DNA from: Octopus vulgaris
Taxonomy: Eukaryota
Reading direction: 5' to 3'
Length of the DNA: 64,000 nucleotides
NCBI GenBank assembly: GCA_951406725.2
Contig: OX597823.1
Location: 80,848,001-80,912,000, forward strand
Shown here: in pieces, positions 39,495 through 53,783 of the stretch
How positions within the stretch are numbered: position 1 is the first letter of the stretch
Layout of the letters: every line of letters starts with the position of its first letter
Position numbers and translations under genes: made by a program
The notes under the pieces: model-generated
Seen by the model: the letters and a program-made list of their open reading frames with translations, nothing else
The model's database searches: none
What the model was told of the DNA's origin: nothing

Positions 39495-40082
39495 CACATA
39501 CACACACGAATTTCAAAGAGCTTCCATCCTTATTGGCAACAAAGGGCCTTTCCCTCAGAGTTAAAGGCAGATTGTATGGTGCCTGTGTTTGAACAGCCAT
39601 GCTACATGGCAGTGAACCATGGGCTGTGACTGCAGAAGACATGCAAAAGCTTGTAAAAACGAATCTAGTATGCTCTGCTGGATGTGTAATGTCAGTGTGC
39701 ATGTACGACAGAGTGTAAGTATCTTGAGAGAGAAATTGGGTACAAGAGGCATGAAATCTTCAAGTGAGGTTGGATGAATGTATGCGTATGCACGTGGGTG
39801 TGTGGGTGCACGTGTGTAGGCATGAACAGGCACGCTTACGCGAATACTATGACCTTTTTACCCCCTTACCTTACTTAGCGTTCATTCAAATAGCTCTTTT
39901 GTCTTAATAGTGGTCAATAACACAGTTATTTTCCTTTGTGTAACGGTCATTTTTCATAGCGTTTTTCTGATGGCCAGATAACTGAAGAGATGGTGGCGTG
40001 GATTTCCACCTCAGCATCCGAAACTCGGAGTTTTATCTTGGCTACCGGATAATTGTCACATATTACATTTACATATATATAT

Positions 40083-40125
<43 letters not shown>

Positions 40126-42154
40126 CAAACATTTAAATAATGAGGGAGATAAATTTAATATTAATTTAATTAATATCAATATAAAACCATTTAAAATCAA
40201 TTTCATCTGTCTTGCCCGCATATTGTTCTGGTGTCCGCTGAATTTTCCTCTAGAGAACATTCTTTTCTTTGAAGTTTGATCGTAGGTGATCTACTTCTAG
40301 CATACGGCTGACCACCTAGTGGTTTTTGCCCTTTAAATATATATATATGGCTGTATGTTTGTATGTATAACTGTATATATGGATGTGTGTGTACATATGT
40401 ATGTACATGTGTGTCAGTGTGCATCTTGTGTTTGTGTTTGCCTTTCACTGTTGACAACCTGTGTTGGTTTGTTTATGTCCTTGTAAGTTAGCAGTTTGTA
40501 ATAAAGACATAGATAAAATAAGATGAATATTCATCATCATCATCATCACCACCATCATTATTTAATTCCTCTTTTTCCATACTAGCATGGAAATAATTAT
40601 TATTATTTTACCATTTTAGCTGATTCCAGCAACCACTCCAATCCAGGGAGTACTTGTCATATTTATGGCGCCAACCGTATTCGTACATTTGATGGAGCAT
40701 GTTATGAATTTCTGGCTGATTGTCAGTACACTCTTGCTCACAATAAGGACTTTTGGGATATTTCTTTGCACTACGAGAATTGCAGAACCATAAAATCTTG
40801 TACCAGGGTAAGTTGTGTTTTTATTTCCATCAAAAATTTTCAATAGCATCCGAATTTTACTGGTTTGTTCCAGTAATTATTGGTTTAATGTTTTAGCATA
40901 TCTGGCCAAAATATTTTACCTGTTTTATGTTCAAACTGGCCAAAACTGGCCTCTCGCATCTATCTTACAATGCGTCTTTGAAATTTTGATGCTACAAGTT
41001 AAAGCATGACTAATTGAAATCGATGTGGATCAATGTGTTACACTTGACAGAGTAGTCTGAATGCTAAATGGTTAAAATGTAATGTCGAAGGTCAGGTATT
41101 TTGTATAAGTTTTGCCAATAGGTATATCAATAGTTTGATCAATGGAACGATCTATGAGCTCACGAGGGAAACTCCTCGTGGTTCCAAACCTGCTTGAAAT
41201 AGCAGCAAATTCTTCTCTAATCACATTCTATTGTATTAAAAAAGGACATGTTAGATGATGGAGTCTTAGGGTCTATGATGATTAGAAAAAATTAGGATGG
41301 TTATGGCTGGAGTGATATTGATCATAGGTCTGTTTGATTAAGGCTAACCTGGGGTTAGAATAAACCGCAACAGTTCTGCCACCATCAAGAAACAACACCA
41401 TAATGCCCCCACCACCACCACCACCACCACCACCAACACAGACATCTTTGAGCTGACAAGAAAGGCCTCTAAACACAGTTGCTGAAGTTGCTATATGCAC
41501 ACACACATACACATGCATGCATGTACATGTATGCACGCATGCACACACATATACACACACATATACACGAATTTCAAAGAGCTTCTATCCTTGTTGGCAA
41601 CAAAGGGCCTTTCCTTCTGAGTGAAAGGCAGATTGTATGGTGCCTGTGTTTGAACAGCCATGCTACATGGCAATGAATCATGGGCTGTGACTGCAGAGGA
41701 CATGCAAAGGATTGTAAAAATGAATCTAGTATGCTCTGCAGAATGTGCAATGTCAGTGTGCATGTACGACGGAGTGTAAGTATCTTGAGAGAGAAATTGG
41801 GTATAAGAGGCATGAAATGAAGTGTGCAAGAGAGAAGACTGTGCTGGGGTGGTCATGTGATGAGTATGGACAAGGACAGCTATGTAAAGAAGTGCTGATC
41901 AGTAACTGTGGAGGGAAAATTGTGGAATAGGTAGACCCAGGAAGACATGGGATGTAGTGGTGAAATATGATATATATAAAATAGGTGCAGGGGAATCTGT
42001 GTGGTAAGTAGCTTGCTGACCAACCACATAGTTCTGGGTTCAGTCCCATTGTGCGGTACCTTGGGCAAATGTCTTATACTATAACCTTGGGCTGACCAAA
42101 GCCTTGTGAGTGGATTTGGTAGATGGAAACTGAAAGAAGCCCGTTGTACATATG

Positions 42155-42189
<35 letters not shown>

Positions 42190-45179
42190 TTGTGTGTCTG
42201 TGTTTGTCCACCCCAACATTGCTTGACATCTGGTGCTAGTGTATTTACGTCCCCATAACTTAGTCATTTGGCAAAAAGAGACCAATAGAATAAGTACTAA
42301 GCTTACAAAGAATAACTCCTGGAGTCAATTTGCTCGACTAAAAGGTGGTGCTCCAGTAAGGCCACAGTCAAATGACTGAAACAAGTAAAAGAATGAAAGC
42401 ATATATTTATTTATATATCTGTATGAGTGTGTTTGTCCCCCACCACCATATGACAACATGATGGTTTGTTTCCATCCCTGTAACTTTGCAGTTCAGCTAA
42501 AGAGATCAATAGAACAAGTACCAGTTTAAAAAAAAAAAAGAAGAAGTATGGTTGAATAGTTTGACTAAGCCCTTCAAAGCAGTGCCCCAGCATGGCCTCA
42601 GTCCAATTACTGAAACAAGTAAAAAAATAAAAGATACATATAACTTAAAAAGAAAGCATTTAAAATGCCATATTGATCTTTAATACTTGGTATCAGCTAA
42701 TAAAATTTTTAGACTCATTTAAAGTTGGTCCTCTTTTATTTCATTCAGACATTGATCCTCAAATTTGGTAATTTGGAAATCAAGGCAAAAGGATTTGATG
42801 TAAATATTCAGAATGAAACTGTCGACTTCAATAAAGGAATGATATCACAAGGTAAATATTCTTCACTGTTCTCTAAATAGACATCAAAAGTCCGTTGATA
42901 CAATGGGTTGTATTTTGTTAAAAAATATCTATATTTTTGCTTCATCATGAAAAGTGTGCTGCTTATCTATAATTTTGAGGCCCTGATTACAAATCTTGTT
43001 TTAGATTGCTGCTGCTTTGCTGTGACAAAGGCCCCATGAATCTAACAAACGGCGTCCACACTTTGCTTGCTTGTTGTTCCTTCTCAACCAATGCCTGGCT
43101 CATAAGGGCCAGTTTCCTCGTTTCTTCGGTGTATAGGTTCCCCACTTGGACAGGACGCCGGTCCGTCACAAGTGAGCTGCAAAATGCAGGAGGAAAGAGT
43201 GAGAGAAAGTTGTGGCGAAAGAGTCAGCAGAAGTTCGCCATTACCTTCTGTCAGAGCCACGTGGAGCCTAGGTGTTTCGCTCATAAACACAAACATCGCC
43301 TGGTCTGAGATTTGAACTCGTAATCCCTCGATCGCGAGTTCGCTGCTCTAACCACTAGGCCACGTGCCTCCACACTTTGCTTGCTTACTGGATACCCTCT
43401 AGTGTTAGCTTACGTGTTTTATTATGTAAAGAAAATTGTGTCTCATAAACAAAGCAACATTGAAGCAGACTAGTGATGATGTCTTTACTAAGTTAGTATT
43501 TAGATATTTATTTGTTTATATATTTCTCTTGATAACACAATAAGGACATACGTGAGGAAGATTGTTGTGAGAGCTCTTGATCTTTTCTTCTTGTAATCTC
43601 AGAATTATATGTTTTCATTGTAGGTATAACAATTATGAAAAGGTATGATTACATTTCAATTGAAAGCAGTACATCTGATATACAGCTTTTGTTCAATGAA
43701 AACATGTACATAGAGCTGACTCTAGGAGAACGGTATCGAAATTCCAAAACAAGTGGTTTGTGTGGAAATTTTGATGGAAATCCCACTAGTAAGTACATTT
43801 ATATTATTAGCATAAATCTGATTTGGCTTCTGTTTTGATACAATAGATAAAATAGTAATTCTGTTCGAATTGATGTATTCATTGTATCTTTGTGCTGGGC
43901 AGGAAAAAAAAAAACTATTTCATACTTAGTTACTTCATAACAACTAAAATTCAACTTATGAATTATTTAATCTATTTATTTCTTAGTAAAGAAGAAAATG
44001 GTAAGTCACAAAATTTCAGCCAGACATGTATATTTCAGTCTTAGATCTCGTCAGTGTGGTGTTAGATTTAAGATCAATAATTCTTTCTAACTTTGGGACA
44101 AGGCTAGCAATTTTAAGGGGAAAGAAAAGTCAACTACATTGACCCCAGTGTTCAACTGGTACTTTATTTTATCAACCCTGAAAGAATGAGAAGCAAAATC
44201 AACTTTTGTGGCATTTGAAGTTAGAATGTCAAGTGCTTAAAGAAATTTTGCCAAGCATTTAATCCAGTGTTGTAACAATTCTGTCTGCTCACCACCTTAG
44301 AGTTTTAAATTAATAAGGATTTCAAATTTTGGCACAAGGCCAGAAATTTTGGGGATGGGAGTAAGTTGATTACATTGACCCCAGAGCTTAACTGGTACTT
44401 ATTGTATCAACCCTGAAAGGATGAAAAACGAAGTCAACCTTGGTGGAATTTGATCTCAGAATGCAAAGACGGGTGAAATGCTGCTAAGCATTTTGCCCAG
44501 TGAGCACACATTTCTGCCTGTTCACCACCTTATTTTAGTTTAATAATGAGAATCAAAATACATAGTTTTCCATACCAGAAAGATTACAAGGGAGACGTAA
44601 TTATGAGAATCAAGAAACGGTTTTTAAATTGAATAGATTTCAAGAGAACACACAAAACACCAAAAATCAAAACAGTGATGTAAAGTCATTCTTTATACAT
44701 TCCAGCAGACTTGGACATGAATATGATTTTTTACTGTTGGATTTTGGCTTTGTCTTTGGAGAACAACTTCTTCCTTTAGACAATGTGTATTAATAATGCA
44801 CTTAATCCAAGGTGGAGTTTCAGACACCCGTGTTTCAGTATGATTGTGTCAACTCAGTGACAGACATCACCCAGAACACTGAAGTTAGATGAGAACAATT
44901 GTTCATATCTAGAATTTAGTAAACAAAACGCTTGCTGATGTGTGCTAAAGCCTGTCAAGCTGATATTAAACCATGATGATTACATAAAACAGTGAGAAAC
45001 AAAATGTTGCTGTGTATATTCATTCTTTTATTGTTCTGCAGATTTGGATGAGAGTATGGCCTTTTGCTGGTGGATTTCATTTTGGACAACAGCTTCCTCA
45101 TTTAGGCAATGTTTACAAAAGACATACTTGTTCCAGTGATGTCAAATAATGGCAATACTCGAAACTGAGTTGCAGCCAT

Positions 45180-45221
<42 letters not shown>

Positions 45222-48200
45222 CACATGAGAATGTGCATGCTTTGATACTAACAAGAAATGCAAGACATATTTTCATGTAATTCTTTCGTTGATTGCAGAT
45301 GACTTTTACAAAAGAGATGGTGAAGCTTCCTCGTCTGAAATTGCCTTCATGACATCATTCATAAGTTTTGAGACTGATCGTAAGGTAATAACTGAAAGAT
45401 GTTTTCTCACAATTACATTCTTGTAATCCTTTTATTCTTGTTTCTTTTTTTCCATGACACCAGGAAACCACTCATGACCAAATTGTTATTTTTTGTTAAA
45501 TACAAGACCAGCTTTTAATTGAGCCAATCTAACAGATTACTAATTTTTGGTAATTTACTGTCACAGTTATCTCAGCTTATTTGATTCAATAACAATTCCT
45601 TCCATGAAAATACAGCAAAACCAAAAGATAAAGACCTTTTGGTACAATTCCAAGTTAAAAAAATAAACCAATATTCCTTAGAAATTATATTCAGTAACTA
45701 ATATCCTTAACAAGTTGAGCCTACGATCCAATTTTAATTCCATTTAATTCCTTGCCACTCTTATGTTCTTCAGAAAGGGAAAAACTTTATGCAATCTCAT
45801 TTTCTTGTTCATAAAATTATTGTTGATGAGTTCAATTATTCCTTGCAACTATTGTTATTAAATAAAAGTTGAAGGGTCAGTAGTTTGGAAAGATTCATTG
45901 GCACTATGTGGCATCTTTGACATAGGTGCCTAACCCTGAGATAATCTACTCCTTTTAGCCGTAAATACTGAAAACAACTTACAGATGCAAGTTGTGGTGG
46001 CAACATAAATTTTATGAGGGCTTGATTGGTCTGCAATATTGAATTTAACTCCAGTAAACTTACTAAGGAAAAAGTTTTGAGCTTGGTCAAGCAAAGTCTT
46101 CCCAAGATACTTTAAGGAAGATGACATCTTTAGCATTGTCCCTGCAATGCAATGAATAACTGGATTCATCAACAACAATTTTGGGAACAAGAAAATAAGA
46201 TTATATAAATTTTTTTCCCTTCTGAAGAACATAAGAGTGGCATGGAATTAAAACTGGATCATAGGTTCAACTTGTTAAGGATATTAGTTACTTACTATAA
46301 CTTCTGAGAAATATTGGTCTATTTTTTTAACTTGGAATTGTGCCAAAAGGTCTTTATCTTTTGGTTTTGCTGTATTTTCATGAAAGGAATTATTATTGAA
46401 TCAAATAAGCTCAAACTCCACCTTGGATTAAGTGCATTATTTATACACACAGCCATTCCTATATATTGAAATTTCTACATCTGAGAAATGAAGCAGTTCT
46501 CAAACTCATTTTGTAGGTAGTTGTCCCTTATAATGAGTTCAACCTCATAGTTTGGCAGAATTTGTCGATTCTTTCCTTTTTCTTTTTTTGTAAATCAGGT
46601 ACACATCATGTAAAAAAAGTCTCCTTTCTTTTAACATGATTTTTTGTTAGTTGGTTTGTGTTTATTTTGACATCGTCATCATCATCATCTTCATCATCAA
46701 CATTACTGTCATCTGTTTTTCTTTTTTTTGAAGGAGCAAATAGAGGTTTGCTTTCATTTGTTTTTAAATCTGTGGAATGTGATGTATTTCTGAGTTCATT
46801 TTGTTATAAATGAATTCTCATTTAGGCATTAAGCTACAAATCAGGGAAAAGACAATCAATCTGTTTCAAAGGGTTGCTAATAGCCTGGTCCCAACAGGAA
46901 ATCATAAAAGAATTGCAAATTTTGTTCTACAGAATTTGTAGGAGTGACTTTGTGGTAAGTAGCTCGCTTACAAACCACATGGTTCCGGGTTCAGTCCCAC
47001 TGCGTGGCACCTTGGGCAAGTGTCTTCTAATATAGCCTCGGGCTGACCAAAGCCTTGTGAGTGGATTTGGTAGACGGAAACTGAAAGAAGCCCATTGTAT
47101 ATATGTATATATACATGTTTGCATGTGTATATATGTTTGTGTGTCTGTATTTGTCCCCCCAACATCGCTTGACAACCAATGCTGGTGTGTTTATGTCCCC
47201 GTAACTTAGCGGTTTGGCAAAAGAGTCTGATAGAATAAGTACTAGGCTTACAAAGAATAAGTCCTGGGGTCAGTTTGCTCGACTAAAGGTGGTGCTCCAG
47301 CATGGCCACAGTCAAATGACTGAAACAAGTAAAAGAGTAAATATATGAGTTCAATTCAATTGAGAATATAATTTTATTTATAATTGTACATAACAGAATT
47401 ATTGAAATTGACTTTTGTTCTTCAGTGTGTTACAGAAGCCTTTGGACCTTGTAAAAATGTCGCAGAGAATAGCAGATGCTCAGAATTATCAGAAAAACCC
47501 TTTGCGAATTGTCATGAAAAGGTTAATATTTGAAATTTTTAATTTTGTTTATTTGTTTTTCCTATTTAATTTAATTTGATTTGTTAATTTGATATCATGG
47601 AAAATAAAGAGAATAACATTGAAGTCTAAAATATAAATTGAATTTTACATCATCATCATCATCGTTGTTACTATTTCTACTACAATCACTACTACTGCAG
47701 CTGCTGCTGCCGCCACCGTCGCTGTCATCACCACCACTACTACCACCGTCACAACACTCCCACTACTACTACTACTACTTTTTATTTAATTACTTTAATT
47801 TTTTTGAAGGAACAAGTAACAGTCCACTTTTGCTTGTTTTTCTAGTCTGATCAGAATCATCTTAATCTTCTCCAGATTTAGTTTATATCAGAGACATAAA
47901 TTAAGGAACATCTTTCCTCTTTAGTCTATAGATATTTACTGTGCAAAGCTAATACTTTGACTGATATTTCATTATAGCTACATGGCTGTGTGGTAAGAAA
48001 CTTGCTTCCCAACCACATGGTTCCGGGTTCAGTCCACTGCATGGCACCTTGAGCAAGCGTCTTCTACTATAGCCTCGGGCTATATATATATATATTTAGT
48101 TTCTTGGCAGTTTTATATTGTTTTAAATCTGTTATCATTTTTGTAAGCCAGTTTAAAACTCTTTAAACATACTGAAGAAAGAAGAATTACGTGGTTGCAA

Positions 48201-51200
48201 AATCTTTTATCCTTTCATTAACAAAGCAGGAGTGGATGGGTGAAATTTCACTAATATTTTTTAGAAGGTTCCTGGTACCTTTCAGCTTCAGAACCACTGA
48301 TATTTATAATATATAATGATATAAATATTTCTTTATATAAAAATATATTTGCTACATTTTATATTCAATTAGGTCAGTCCAGAAAAATGGATTCGATTTT
48401 GTGAGACACAAGCTTGCTTGAACAAAGAAACTGACTCTTTCTATTGTGAAATTTTCAATTACTATGCTATGGAGTGTGCATCTGCTGGAATTAATATTGA
48501 CTGGAGGAAAGACTCATGTAGTAAGTAAATGATTTTGTAAAATTATGATATTCTGTTGACCCTGGGAAGATGAAAGGTGAAGCTGACTTTGGTAAGATTT
48601 GAACTCAGAATGTAAAGAACTGGAACATACTGCAGCAAGACTTCAGCCCATCCCCCCAAAAAAGTCACCCTTTAAAAAATTTTTTTTTTGACACAAACTC
48701 CCCTTTTTGGCTATGGGGAATACGAATCTGCAAAAAAATGAGCAAAAATCGATATTTCCAAATTACCACTCCCACCCCCTTTCTTTCACTTTTAACTTTT
48801 TTCCCAATTTTTTTTTCAAAATATGCGAAAAAATACAGAGATTATGATTCTGAAAAAAATTTCTAAAAAATCTTTGTAAAATTTTTTTTTCTAAATATGT
48901 GGAAAAATACAGACATCATGATTCGGACAAAGATTTCAATACATTTCTGTACTTACGGTTATGGTTTTAGGGTTAGGGTTAGGATTAGGGTATTAGGGTT
49001 AGTGTTGGGGAAGAAAGTCAAAATTGAAGACGTTGGCAGGGGAAAGTTGGGGAAAAATTTCACAATGCCAATCTTTGGCAATTTTCTCGAACCTCTGTAT
49101 CCGAAAAAAGGGATTTTTGGCAAAAAAAATTACAAAAATAAACAAATTTGGGAAAAAATGGTGGTAGGGAGTCTTTCCCATAGTGCAAAGCATTTTGTTC
49201 AAATCTCTACTGATTCTACTGATGGGTGTATGTCTTCTGTACATTGGGCACATATCTTCTACTATAACCCTGGTCTGACCAAATCTTTATAAGTGGGTTT
49301 GGCCAACAGAAATTGTAAGAAGCTTATGCTATGTGTGTGTGTGTGTGTATGTGGATGTTTGCATGTATCCTTTTGATATTCCATCATACAAGCGGTGTTT
49401 TACTTTCAGTCTTCTGGAAAACACGGGAAAGCATGTCTGACCATGAGAAAAACTGCTTTATTTGGAAACAGATGAGTTAGTAACTGGATGAGCATTGGGC
49501 ATCAAAAATCTGCTTCAGTAAACTCTATCTGACCCATGCAAGTATTAAACAGAAGGTGTTAAGTGATGATGATGATACACACATACATATACACATGCAC
49601 GCACGTACACACATGCACGCGCACACACACACACACACATATTTACAAGAAAAAGTGATGATGCAGGAAAGACAATGGTTATATTATGAACTTCATTAGC
49701 TCACTGCTGTTTCTGCTATAAGATGCAGTGCACTTGTAATTGAGTGTCTGATTAACATCCTATAAATTCACCAGAGCCTCGAATATGAAATGCAATTTAT
49801 TTGGGAAAAAAGAATTACCTTTTTGCAACAGATACTATGTTATTAGTCTCACAATGCTTAAGTGAAATATGTATGTATGTGTGTGTGAATGTATGTATGT
49901 ATGTTATATATTTTATGTACATATGTACGTATATATGTAACTGAATTTGGTATGATTGATGAGTAGTGGAAGTAATAGGATGTTGAATTAAAAGCTTTAC
50001 AATATTAAACTTACTGTCCTTCTGCATTCAAATCTCACCAAAACTAGCTTTGGCATTCATCTCTTCAGTGCTAACAACATACTTATGTTCCGTGCTGTTT
50101 CATTTGAAAACACATTTCTTTGAAAAACTTCTTTCTGGCCTTGTACTAATGAAATAAACCATTATTTCAATTCTAAAAATATAAATTTAATATTATCAAC
50201 AATATTTTACTTTCCTTTTAGGTTTTTACCATCAGTATTTTAACTTTACATAGGCACTAAGAACATTCCCTTTTTCTTTCGTTTCCTAAGTTACCAACTT
50301 TCTATAAAGAAAAAAACAACATTCCGAGAATTTCCTTCAGATTGTAATTAATTTTATTTTTAATTTCAATGAAATATCTCTCTTCATAAAATATCTAAGT
50401 TACAGGTTAAATCATACTGAAGGTTTCTAAAAAGAATGAAATAGTGCTATAATGATTACGACTGACTAGAAATTGTAAGAACTTCATAAATAAAAAGAAA
50501 AAACTAAACATGCAAACTCTATGCGTCTTAATTTTAAATTCAAATATCTAATCTTGTCTCATGTTGCAGAGAATAATTATCTCTCTTGCATTAACAGCCA
50601 TAACCAGAGGGCACTACATGTATTTTAACTTCAGCCTTCCTTTTTCTTTTCATCTTTGTTTTATCCATTTCTGCTTTCAGGAGAAACCTGTCCTAAAGGA
50701 TTTGTCTTCAGTGAACGAGTTCCTCTTTGTCCAGTGACCTGTGACAGCAGCAACAGTGAATTTGAAAGCAAAACTTGTGACTTCGGAACCAGACCATCAT
50801 GCCATTGTCCAAAAGGACAAGTCCTAGAAAACAATACATGTATCACTGCTACAGAATGTCCATGTTGGTACCAAGAAAAGAAATATAAACACGGTGCCAA
50901 AGTTAAAATGGAATGTAATACCTGGTACAGTTATCATTTAACATTTCCTTCTATAATTTAAAATTTTAAACTCACTTTGCAACTGCATAATTTCAGGTTC
51001 AGTCCCACTGCATGGCACCTTGGGTAAGTGTCTTCTACTTTGACTCCAGACTGACCAATCCCTTGTGAGTGAATTTGGTAAATGGAAAATTTAAATGTAT
51101 ATATATGAGTGTGTGTGTGCGTGTGTGCTTTGTATGTTGCTGAATTATATGCTGTGTGAATAGGCATATTAAGCATGTGTTTCTGTGTGTGTGTGAAATT

Positions 51201-53415
51201 TTACTTGTAATTTCTGTGGTTGAATGCGATCGTTGCCTAAATTTGAATAAAAGTTGATGGTTGAAAAACATAATTCTCAAGTTCTCTAGTGACCTCTCAC
51301 CTTGAAGCACTCTCACATAAATTCTTTCAGAATTCCTTGTCCACAGGTGAACAGACTTCTCACCATTTATAAATTCTCTTGTATTCTTTAGTGCTCTTAT
51401 CTGTAAATCCATCTACCTACCTTCTCTTCCCATTATTCACAAGAGGGTCATGGGGGTAGAATCCTCAGACATCTCCTCCAGAGTGTATTATCAGAAGCAG
51501 CTGTCAGATTTCCTGGCTGGATTCCCAAGTGCAACCAACTGGAAATATAGATATTATGCAACTATTTCATTCTTGTCTATCCTTAGGTTTCCTACCAGTT
51601 GGCTTGGCTTGAAAAATCCATCTTGTGACTCTTCCCTACAACATTCTAATCACATGTCCATAAGCACCAGAGCTGTGGCATCTCTATGCCATGTAGTGGC
51701 TTAACATGGAGAGACACCTTGACCTCTGAACTTTGAAACAACAAGGTTTTCGTCTCCTCATAATAACTTAATTAAATTTACAAACTCCACTAAATATATT
51801 TTACCTGTTCAAACCACCATTAATTCCTCTGGTATTTATTCATGCTAAATAAATTTACTAGTTTTGATTTTCACCAGGACTGTTATAAATTAACATTAAT
51901 TTTGATATTAATTCTCATTTAATTATAGTGAGTGCAAACATGGACTATGGGAATGTGGCAAAAAAGCTTGTCCAGCAATTTGCCGGATACTTGGAAGGTC
52001 AAATATTAAAACATTTGATGGAAGCTTCTATGATTTTGAACCATCTGCTTGTAAATATACATTATTAGAAGTAAGTTATCTTTTATATCTATATTATCTA
52101 AAACTCCACTGCTTATTAAACAAATTATTAATTAATGGACATATATATATTTTTATAGTCACGGGCTGACAATGATTTGAACTTGAAGATCACTCTGATG
52201 TATTCAAAATGTAAAGAAATCTGGATGGATGATCTGAACTGTATTAAAAGCTTCACAATTAACCACAACAACCACTCTTTGCACATATGTAACAATGATA
52301 CCACTGTCAATGGAATTCGCTTTTCCGGTCAGTCCTATTATAATGAAGAGATAAGTGTTGTTCCTGTTTCGTCTCACTTTATGCTTATTGCTGCCAAGGG
52401 ATTTCGCATATTATACAGTCAAGGTCAACAAATGTATATCCAGCTTGATGATACTTTTAAAGACAAGGTATTTATATAATTGAATATAATAATAAGCATA
52501 GTGTTTTCATAAATTTGTGTATATATATATATATATATATTTGTCCAAGATCACGGAGTATGAAAAAGAGTAGTATAAGTGAAGAGAGGGGAGAGAAAAT
52601 AGTAATTCAGTGAAGGAGAAGTAGTGAGAGTAATAGCCCTGAACGGGAGAGAGTGAGAGAAAGTAATAGCAATGAGAGAAAGGAAGTGGCAAAGAGCACG
52701 TCGTGTATCTTCTGTTTTTTGCCATCACAACATATGAATGAGAAAGGAAGGGGTGATAGATGAATAATGAAAGAAGGGGTGAAAAAAATCAGCATTTAAA
52801 CTCTGTGTGAGTATATGTGTGTGTATGTAAAAGGGAAGTATGTGAATGTTTTGTGTGTATGTGTGTGTGTGTGTGTGTGCAATAAAAATGGGATGGTGAA
52901 CATTCAATGCTGAAAAGAAAAATCAAACAGCATTTCAACTCTGTTTGAGTATATGTTGTGTGTGTGCATGTACAAGGGAAATATGTGAATATTTGTATTT
53001 GTGATTATTATGTACCTTACTTTGTACCTTATTTACATATATAAAATACTACAATTAGCTGTCATTTTTGATGGCACAGGGTCAGCTAGTTTATATTTTA
53101 AATCATTTGACCTTATTCTCTCTATGTAGTCCAGACAATAGGTTATAAAGTAAAATGATAGAGAACTGAGCTTCTGAGTTGGTTTCTTTCTCCGACTTGC
53201 TTATGTTTACTTGTGTTATCAACATCTAAAAGAAAAGGCTGAGCACCACTACCCGTATTTTCTCTTTCAAGTGGCTTTGCATTTCAGAAGCTTGCTCTCC
53301 AGCCACATGGACTTAAGTTCAATCCTAGAGTGTGACACCTTGGTCTTTTACTATAGCCCCAGGCTGACCAAATCTTAATGAGTGGATTTCATAGATGGAG
53401 ACTGAAAGAAGCCTG

Positions 53416-53453
<38 letters not shown>

Positions 53454-53739
53454 CAGATAAGAAAATGGAGAAACAATTTAGTTGGTTCATCAGCTTTAGT
53501 ATAGTAGAATGTTGACTTATTTATTTATTTAACAAAAATGAGAACCTTAATAACATACATATATACATTATAATTCAATACATATAAGATAAGAATACAA
53601 TTATAAAAATCTTAATATAAATTATTATCTCTTAGTGGGTTGGATCCACAACCCCTAACTTACTTGGTGTTTTATATATATATATATATATATCCTCATC
53701 ATCATTTAACAAACACACCCATACAAATATAGATTGATT

Positions 53740-53783
<44 letters not shown>

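Noticed and set aside
45930-46232. 100-aa minus-strand ORF with SLKYLGK
   Set aside because: Probably a LINE RT C-terminal scrap overlapping the inverted repeat; no independent gene evidence
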